DNA of 32,812 nucleotides. Origin: Chloroflexota bacterium (GTDB lineage: Bacteria; Chloroflexota; Anaerolineae; Anaerolineales; DRMV01). Location: positions 1 to 32,812 of the forward strand of contig JAADFA010000039.1 in the NCBI GenBank assembly GCA_013153135.1, given 5' to 3'. Made by a program: the position numbers and the translations under genes. Position 1 is the first letter of the stretch, and each line of letters starts with the position of its first letter. This document shows positions 17,476 through 23,234 of the stretch, piece by piece. Under the pieces are notes generated by a model that saw only the letters and a program-made list of their open reading frames with translations, was not told the origin of the DNA and made no database searches.

Positions 17476-17669
17476 ACGCTCCTCCTTGGCGTGCTGGCGC
17501 GCGAGGCGCGCTCGCGAGGCTATAACCCCATCGCGGCGGGAAAGTTCCGGGCGCCGAATTCCAAGCCTGGTGCGATTCTTGGTCTCAGGCCTGCACGGAT
17601 GGGCTGGTTAGAGGTAAACTTAGGGTAAATCCGCGCGTAGCTCAAGCGTAAAGACGGGGAGGTTATCGT

Positions 17670-19004
17670 ATGGAACGTTCCGCCTTGTTGCGACGATGGG
17701 GAGTTGGGTTGCTCCTTATGCTTGTGCTCCTGATGGGGGTAGGTTGCGCGCGTGGTGGGACGAGCTCGCAGCCTCAGCAGCCACCAGCCTCGGCTGCGCC
17801 GCCCACCGCGACGGCCGCACCCGTGCAAGAGGAGATGCCCAAAGCCGCGTCGCCGACGCCCTTGCCCCAGATGCCCACGCCCACCATTCCACCTTCGGCT
17901 TCGCCCACGGTGGCTACTGGACGCATTGTCGGCATGGTGTGGGAAGACCGCTGCCCGCCGGAAGCGGCCACCCTGTTTTGTCGCGAGGACGCGACGTATG
18001 GCCTCATCGGCGATGGTGCACGGCAGCCCGATGAGCCCGCGCTCGCGAATATCGTCGTGCAACTCGCACAAGGCTCTTGTCCAGGTACCGTGTTGAGCGT
18101 GGCTAGCACCGATGCCCAGGGGCGCTTTGTGTTTGAAGGCGTCCAGCCGGGTACGTATTGCGTGCGCATTGACCCGGACGACCCCGCGAACGCGATGGTA
18201 CGGGATGGTATATGGACCTATCCCGTGGTTGGACAGTCGCAGGTCGAGGTGACCGTCGCACCCGGCGCGGAGGTCACGGTGGACTTTGGCGTGACGCGTG
18301 CACCTGGGGTCGCGGAGGCCGAACCCACCCAGGCGCCGCCTGCTGGGCCGCAGGCCGCACCAACGCAGGACGTCGCTCAGGCCAATATTCCGCCGACGCC
18401 CACCGCTACGCCCGTGCCTACCAATCCCTATGATTTGGGCGCTCCGGACGTGTTGGATACCATGGATCTGCCAGGGTTGCACTGGTATTTGCGTTGGGGC
18501 ACGGATGTAACCTTCAAGACGGCTTCGAGTAAGCCGGGTGTTTTGGTTATTCAGGTGCATAAGCCGGGCCCCGCGAATTATTGGACCTTGTCCACCTATC
18601 CTCCTTTGCGCAATGCCTACATCGAGGCAACCTTCATCACAGGGCCGCAGTGCAAACACAAGGACCGCTATGGGCTTATTGTGCGTGCACCAAGCACGCG
18701 GGAAGGATATCTTTTCTTGGTTTCGTGCGATGCTCGATACCGCATCTTGCGTTGGAACGGCGGCTTGAAGATATTGAAGGATTGGACGCCGTCGGATGCC
18801 ATCCATAAGGGGCCGAACCGCGTAAATCGGGTTGGCGTATGGATGCAGGATGACATCATGAAGCTTTATATCAACAGGGCTTTGGTTACCGAAGTTCAGG
18901 ATGATTACTTCCGCGAGGGCTACTTTGGCGTGGCCGCGGGGTCAGACCGAACGCCGGAGTTAGAGATCTACGTGGACGAAGTGGCGTATTGGATCTTGCC
19001 GTAA
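17670..19004 (+). CDS. Exported protein: signal peptide, Pro/Thr/Ala linker, Cna-B/SdrD-B-like beta-sandwich, second linker, ConA/LamG-like C-terminal domain
   Basis: The signal sequence is LLLMLVLLMGVGC. GRIVGMVWEDRC...GRFVFEGVQPGTYCVRI resembles SdrD B-like or carboxypeptidase-regulatory-like folds. The C-terminal YLFLVSCDARYRILRWNGG...MKLYINRALV...GYFGVAAG looks like a lectin/LamG jelly roll. The domain names are recollection, not a search result. An RBS GGGGAGG is present. Confidence 0.6.
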   Translation: MERSALLRRWGVGLLLMLVLLMGVGCARGGTSSQPQQPPASAAPPTATAAPVQEEMPKAASPTPLPQMPTPTIPPSASPTVATGRIVGMVWEDRCPPEAATLFCREDATYGLIGDGARQPDEPALANIVVQLAQGSCPGTVLSVASTDAQGRFVFEGVQPGTYCVRIDPDDPANAMVRDGIWTYPVVGQSQVEVTVAPGAEVTVDFGVTRAPGVAEAEPTQAPPAGPQAAPTQDVAQANIPPTPTATPVPTNPYDLGAPDVLDTMDLPGLHWYLRWGTDVTFKTASSKPGVLVIQVHKPGPANYWTLSTYPPLRNAYIEATFITGPQCKHKDRYGLIVRAPSTREGYLFLVSCDARYRILRWNGGLKILKDWTPSDAIHKGPNRVNRVGVWMQDDIMKLYINRALVTEVQDDYFREGYFGVAAGSDRTPELEIYVDEVAYWILP

Positions 19005-19035
19005 CAGCGGTGCCCCTAATCTGAAGAAAAACGAA

Positions 19036-19068
19036 ACAACCGGGCCCGAGGGTAAAGGGCCCGGTTGT
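19036..19068. terminator. Intrinsic terminator hairpin between convergent genes (stronger for the minus-strand gene)
   Basis: A 12-bp stem pairs ACAACCGGGCCC (19036-19047) with GGGCCCGGTTGT (19057-19068) around a 9-nt loop. On the minus strand it is followed by TTTCGTTTTTCTTC. Confidence 0.75.
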
Positions 19069-19125
19069 CGCGTCTTCTTAGGGAAAAGAGGGCTGGCTTC
19101 CCGTTCTGAGGTTGACCGCGCCGGT

Positions 19126-20175
19126 TTAGAAGTTCAACCCCTCGGGTGCGGTCGGCTCAGCCTCACTCGCTGTCGCGGGGCCTTCGCCTGTTGGGGCCTT
19201 TTGGAACACGCGGAATTCCACGGTCAACCGCGTGAAGTATTGGCCGTCCTGATCGGAGTCGCACTCGCAATCGCGCACAAAGACTTCTGCCCGTAGGCGT
19301 TCGGTCTCAAGCACGATTTGCTGTTGGGGTTCAGCCGCGAGGATGGCGCCACGTACTTCTAGGCGCTGACGCAGGGCTTCGTCGGCCGCGGCTTCTGGTG
19401 TGGCCAATACCACCGTCTCTGTGCGGATATCACTCTTGTCAAAGAGCCACACCTCAAACGCGTATACCTTCTTAGGTTGCGTTCCCCTTCCTTCCGAGAT
19501 GCTAATTCCGGCTTCGCCCAAGAACTCGCCCGTGGCTGAATCAATGGAGAAAGATTCGTCAAAGAAATCGTTGCCCAGTTCGTAGGTAGTCGTGTAGGCC
19601 GAGATGGGGCCCGGGCCCATCTCATCGCTAGTGATACCCGCGGCGCGTGCTGCCTCCGCCTTCTCTTGGGCCTTGGTCTTGTAACCTTGCCCTCGGCTCC
19701 GGGCTCGAATAAGCAGGAAGGCCAGCGCAGCGATGATGAACAGGGCCAAAATGCATAACAAGCCGTATTTTAGCAAGGAACTGGTTCCACCGCCTGCAGC
19801 CGCCCCAGCTTGGACTTGGCTAGCGATTTCGTTTTGGAAGCGCTGTACGGCTTCAGGGGGCAAATAATCGGGATTTTGGCTTACTGCACGCAAGGTTGCC
19901 TCCGCGGCCGTGCCCAATCCTTGGTATCGGATTTTAGCTCGGGCCGCGTCGCCCGTATTGATATAATCCGCGACCACCATGCGCAAGTAGTCTTGTCGCC
20001 AGCTGGCTTCCAGATGTTGCGGAGCCGCATCGGTCCACTTGACGGGCGCGATGAGCCAGCCCAGGATAAACCAACCGACGAACAGGCCGATCAAAAAGGC
20101 CACACCCAACGCGAGGGCGGGCTTGTTTCGAATCCGCTCGCCGATCATGTCGTTGAGGACGTCCAGAATCATCAT
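19126..20175 (-). CDS. Two-TM membrane protein of unknown function (349 aa)
   Basis: The start MMILDV at 20175 is preceded by GGGAGAGAG. The ORF-track start at 20325 lies upstream of the candidate promoter. TM segments are ALALGVAFLIGLFVGWFILGWLIA and LLKYGLLCILALFIIAALAFLLI. An acidic soluble C-terminal domain of about 190 aa follows. I recognise no family. Confidence 0.6.
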   Translation of the reverse strand: MMILDVLNDMIGERIRNKPALALGVAFLIGLFVGWFILGWLIAPVKWTDAAPQHLEASWRQDYLRMVVADYINTGDAARAKIRYQGLGTAAEATLRAVSQNPDYLPPEAVQRFQNEIASQVQAGAAAGGGTSSLLKYGLLCILALFIIAALAFLLIRARSRGQGYKTKAQEKAEAARAAGITSDEMGPGPISAYTTTYELGNDFFDESFSIDSATGEFLGEAGISISEGRGTQPKKVYAFEVWLFDKSDIRTETVVLATPEAAADEALRQRLEVRGAILAAEPQQQIVLETERLRAEVFVRDCECDSDQDGQYFTRLTVEFRVFQKAPTGEGPATASEAEPTAPEGLNF

Positions 20176-20221
20176 AACTCTCTCCCACCGACGAAGTCCT
20201 GCCCCTGGGGCGTTTGGCTTT

Positions 20222-20250
20222 ATTCTACGCCAAAGGCCAAAAATATGCAA
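20222..20250 (-). promoter_or_regulatory. Candidate sigma-70 promoter for the 349-aa membrane protein gene (TTGCAT-17-TAGAAT on minus strand)
   Basis: The minus strand reads TTGCAT (plus 20245-20250), a 17-nt spacer, then TAGAAT (plus 20222-20227). This is about 47 nt upstream of ATG 20175. Confidence 0.5.
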
Positions 20251-20338
20251 TGGCGCGTCGCGGCCTGGAATGCACGCAAATGTTGTCGAAACGGTCAAGG
20301 GGCGAGGGTCTGCGGCGCAGGGCATTGTCGCCGTTGGC

Positions 20339-20580
20339 GCCGCGGGCTAGAAACCCACGGTTGACTGATATAAAATTGCACGCGAATTGTCCAGCCCAAC
20401 GCGCGGGAACGCATGGGGACGGCGATCCTAGCGGGCGGGTTCCGCCGCACGCGGGGCGGCTCGCGTGCCGCGGCCGCCTGCGGCTAGTTGGTATAACATT
20501 GCGCGCGAATCATCCGGCCCAACGCGCGGGAACGCGTGACAGACAGCGAGCATAGGGGGCGAGTTCCACCGCACGCGGGC
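20339..20580. repeat. Tandem pair of a unit of about 123 nt (second intergenic repeat family)
   Basis: TATAAAATTGCACGCGAATTGTCCAGCCCAACGCGCGGGAACGCATG (from 20369) aligns with TATAACATTGCGCGCGAATCATCCGGCCCAACGCGCGGGAACGCGTG (from 20492). By my count this is 41/47 identical at offset 123. The similarity continues through AGCGGGCGGGTTCCGCCGCACGCGGGG against AGGGGGCGAGTTCCACCGCACGCGGGC. A related partial copy lies at 32690-32812. Confidence 0.8.
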
Positions 20581-20645
20581 ATAGGTTTTACAAGATTGGC
20601 CTGCGCCCTCGCGGCCTTTCCTTTGAATGCGCGCGTTTTATATGC

Positions 20646-20674
20646 TTGACGTAGAACAAGTGTTCGCTTATAAT
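20646..20674 (+). promoter_or_regulatory. lexA promoter (TTGACG-17-TATAAT)
   Basis: TTGACG is at 20646-20651 and TATAAT at 20669-20674, with an exactly 17-nt spacer. The spacer contains the SOS box. Confidence 0.8.
20653..20666. promoter_or_regulatory. LexA operator (SOS/Cheo-type box AGAAC-AAGT-GTTCG)
   Basis: The palindrome is GAAC (20654-20657), N4, GTTC (20662-20665). It lies inside the spacer of the lexA promoter, which is the classic autoregulatory layout. Confidence 0.8.
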
Positions 20675-20721
20675 AAAGCCAACCTTAGTTCGGGTTGGTT
20701 TTGGGCAAAGGAGGCCTCGCG

Positions 20722-21417
20722 ATGCCCAAAGGTACTGTTCGGAAGCGACGCCGACGGATGGGTGAATTGGATGAAATGGACCGCCGCATTTTAGCCTTTT
20801 TGGAAGAGCATTTTCGTACGCACCATACACCGCCCACGGTCCGCGAGATTCAGCACGCGGTACGGGCGTCTTCCACCTCGGTGGTCAATTATCATCTCAA
20901 GCATTTGGAAGAGGCTGGTCGCATCGTACGGCATGCTCATCGCGCGCGAGGAATTCAGCTGGTTCAGGCTCATGCGCCCGGGGTACGCTATATCCCTGTG
21001 TTGGGCACCATTGCCGCGGGCACGCCGCGAGCCGCGTTCCCAGAGGACTGGGCCTACGTGGACGAGACCATTCCTGTACCTGAGGGATGGCTCGCGGCCG
21101 ACCCAGAACGTATTTTCGCCCTGCGGGTGCAGGGGCAGTCTATGCGTGACGCATCCATCGAGGATGGCGATGTGATCATTGTAGAGCGCATCGATGACCC
21201 AAGCCGGGTGCGCAACGGCGAGATGGTTGTCGCCTGGGTCGAGCCCGAGGATGAGGCTACAGTCAAATACTATTACTTGGAAGGGGATCACGTACGGCTG
21301 CAGCCTGCGAATCCGGATTACCCCGTTATTCGCCTGCCGCGAGATCAAGTTTGGCCGCAAGGCCGCGTCATCGGCGTACTACGCCATGTTCGACGTATGC
21401 CCATCGATGAGACGTAA
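20722..21417 (+). CDS. lexA: LexA repressor (S24 peptidase)
   Basis: A winged-helix N-terminus (RRILAFLEEH...PTVREIQHAV) is present. The Ala-Gly self-cleavage site lies in GTIAAGTP, the catalytic Ser in VQGQSMRDA and the Lys in EATVKYYY. The start is ATG 20722, 7 nt after AAAGGAGG. The ORF-track start at 20695 is upstream of that RBS. Confidence 0.93.
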   Translation: MPKGTVRKRRRRMGELDEMDRRILAFLEEHFRTHHTPPTVREIQHAVRASSTSVVNYHLKHLEEAGRIVRHAHRARGIQLVQAHAPGVRYIPVLGTIAAGTPRAAFPEDWAYVDETIPVPEGWLAADPERIFALRVQGQSMRDASIEDGDVIIVERIDDPSRVRNGEMVVAWVEPEDEATVKYYYLEGDHVRLQPANPDYPVIRLPRDQVWPQGRVIGVLRHVRRMPIDET

Positions 21418-21445
21418 ACGCGCGTTCGGCGCGAGCGTGTTGAGC

Positions 21446-21469
21446 AGGCCGGGCTAAAGCGCCCGGCCT
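21446..21469. terminator. Terminator hairpin between convergent lexA and cutA
   Basis: A 9-bp stem pairs AGGCCGGGC (21446-21454) with GCCCGGCCT (21461-21469) around a 6-nt loop. ATTGCGTATATTT follows. Confidence 0.55.
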
Positions 21470-21480
21470 ATTGCGTATAT

Positions 21481-21819
21481 TTAAAGGACCTTTGGCCCCG
21501 CCGCGCGCGTTTCTGCCCGCAGCCAGGCTAGGTAATCCGGATTCCCGGCCACGACGGGAACAGCTAAAATCTCGGGGACTTGGTAAGGGTGCGCGGCCTT
21601 GATGGCTGCTTCCAGCGCGGGGTAGATCTCAGTCCGACTTTTGAAGATGATAAGGTATTCCGTCGCGGTTTCTACCTTGCCCTGCCACCAATAGGTGCTT
21701 TGCATAGGCCCGAGGATTTGGGCGCACGCGGCCAGGCGCTGGTTGATGATAGCCTGAACCAGGCGCTCCGCATCCTCTCGGCGTTCCACCGTGGTAACCA
21801 CTTGGATCGCGTCGGTCAT
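21481..21819 (-). CDS. cutA: Divalent-cation tolerance protein CutA
   Basis: At 112 aa, motifs LAACAQI, STYWWQGKVE, HPYQVPEI and YLAWL are typical of CutA1. Confidence 0.88.
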   Translation of the reverse strand: MTDAIQVVTTVERREDAERLVQAIINQRLAACAQILGPMQSTYWWQGKVETATEYLIIFKSRTEIYPALEAAIKAAHPYQVPEILAVPVVAGNPDYLAWLRAETRAAGPKVL

Positions 21820-21846
21820 GGCTCCCTCCTTGCTCGGATGGGCGGG

Positions 21847-22914
21847 TTATGGCACGGGTTTGGGCTCGTGCCCCGCGGCAGCGGGGATGAGCTGTTCGAC
21901 CGCGCGCGCATAATCGGGTGCACGGCCCTGGAGTCGCGGCCAGGTCAAGAGTGCGCCTTCGAGCACCAAACGCGGGTTTCCATAGCGCGCGAGCAAGCGC
22001 AAGCCCTGTTGAATGTGTTGTAGTCCTTGCAACACTTGGTTCAACGTCAGCTGCCGTGCGACAGCACGCATAATCTCCCCGCCTGCGACGTGGCCCCGCG
22101 GGTCGCTCAGGCCCTGGTGTAGGCGAAGCCACAAATCCCAAAGGGCCTGCCACGTCGCGAGGCGGGCTTGCACGGCCTCCCGGTCGGCCGCGCGGTAGGG
22201 CGCGGCGTAGGCTAATCGCTCGCGCAGGGGCGCGTGCAAGAGCTGCAGGCCGTCTTGGATTTGCGCGACATAAGCGCGCCAGTCGTCCGGCTGCTGTGCC
22301 CAGCGAAGTGCGCGGCCAGGCCGCCCTTGGGCCCAGGCCGCGAGCCACGCGGCTTGGGCCAGAGGGAACCCGCGCGCCGTGAGCCCGTCCCGCAGGGTCG
22401 CGTAGGGCACCGGCCGTAGGGGAAACTCCTGGCAACGGGAGGCCAAGGTAGGGAGGATGGCCTCGGGGCTGCGCGCGGTGAGCAAAAACACCACGTGCTC
22501 AGGTGGCTCTTCCAGGCTTTTGAGGAGCGCGTTGAGCGCGGCCGGGGTTGCCTGCTCGACGTTGGGCAGGAGGACCACGCGCACGCGCGCGTCGCGCGGG
22601 CTGAGCAAGAGCTTGGGGCGTACCGTGCGCACGGTTTCGACCTTGAGGCCGCCGGGGTCATGCAACACGTGCAGATCAGGATGAGCCTGTTGCGGGTACA
22701 AGCGGCACACGCGGCAATGGCCGCAGTAGGCCCCCGCGTGGGGAGGATGGGCGCACGCGAGGGCCTGCGCGAAACGCAGCGCCAGGGTGCGCCGCCCCAC
22801 GCCGGACGGCCCGGTGAAGAGGTACGCGTGGCCGACCGTCCCGCGTTGAATCTGGGCTTGCAAGAAGCGCACGGTTTCTTCGTGGCCGATGAGGTCCCAG
22901 GTTTCGTGCCCCAT
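21847..22914 (-). CDS. holB: DNA polymerase III subunit delta prime
   Basis: GHAYLFTGPSGVGRRTLALRFAQALAC is the AAA+ Walker A region. A Cys cluster CGHCRVC and the sensor motif VVFLLTA are present. The start is ambiguous. ATG 22914 (MGHETWDL) gives a typical N-terminus but has no clear RBS. ATG 22980 would add 22 aa. Confidence 0.85.
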   Translation of the reverse strand: MGHETWDLIGHEETVRFLQAQIQRGTVGHAYLFTGPSGVGRRTLALRFAQALACAHPPHAGAYCGHCRVCRLYPQQAHPDLHVLHDPGGLKVETVRTVRPKLLLSPRDARVRVVLLPNVEQATPAALNALLKSLEEPPEHVVFLLTARSPEAILPTLASRCQEFPLRPVPYATLRDGLTARGFPLAQAAWLAAWAQGRPGRALRWAQQPDDWRAYVAQIQDGLQLLHAPLRERLAYAAPYRAADREAVQARLATWQALWDLWLRLHQGLSDPRGHVAGGEIMRAVARQLTLNQVLQGLQHIQQGLRLLARYGNPRLVLEGALLTWPRLQGRAPDYARAVEQLIPAAAGHEPKPVP

Positions 22915-23182
22915 GGTGGGGCTATTGTACCGCGGTAAAACGTGGGACGAATTTTCGAACTGACGGGAACGTTTTGGCATTGAACACCGTTAAAAGAAAG
23001 TAACAGGCGAACCACACCAAGAGCGGAAGGAGAAGTATTGTAAGTCGCAACTCAAAATATATATTATCATGCACCATTGCGCAAACACGCGCAAGGATAG
23101 GAAAGTGTTGTTTGTTTCATAAGATAAAAGGTGCTTTCGCTCAGATAATCGCCAGTAATGCGGGAAATATTCGGGTTTATCC

Positions 23183-23211
23183 TTGACAATGTGCCATATA
23201 TTTGGTATATT
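23183..23211 (+). promoter_or_regulatory. Near-consensus sigma-70 promoter (TTGACA-17-TATATT) in an AT-rich spacer
   Basis: TTGACA is at 23183-23188 and TATATT at 23206-23211, with a 17-nt spacer. GGAGG follows at 23227-23231, then ATG 23235/23238. The surrounding 22981-23234 is unusually AT-rich (24/60 GC in 23041-23100). Confidence 0.7.
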
Positions 23212-23234
23212 GAGGCAGGCTGAGAAGGAGGGTT

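Noticed and set aside
17673-17680. GAACGTTC, considered as a second LexA box.
   Set aside because: - It lacks the 4-nt spacer of GAAC-N4-GTTC.
- It lies inside the first codons of the 444-aa gene.
20361-20374. TTGACT followed by TATAAA, considered as a -35/-10 pair.
   Set aside because: - The two hexamers are only 2 nt apart, so they cannot form a standard promoter.
- I kept only the extended -10 reading (TGATATAAA), as a weak possibility.
20339-20580. A CRISPR array or integron attC sites as an explanation for the 123-nt repeats.
   Set aside because: - There are only two tandem units, with no short unique spacers between short identical repeats, and no cas genes.
- GCCCAAC fits the attC R'' core RYYYAAC. 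The candidate R' cores (GTTGACT, GTTGGTA) break GTTRRRY.
- No cassette ORFs or integrase are present.
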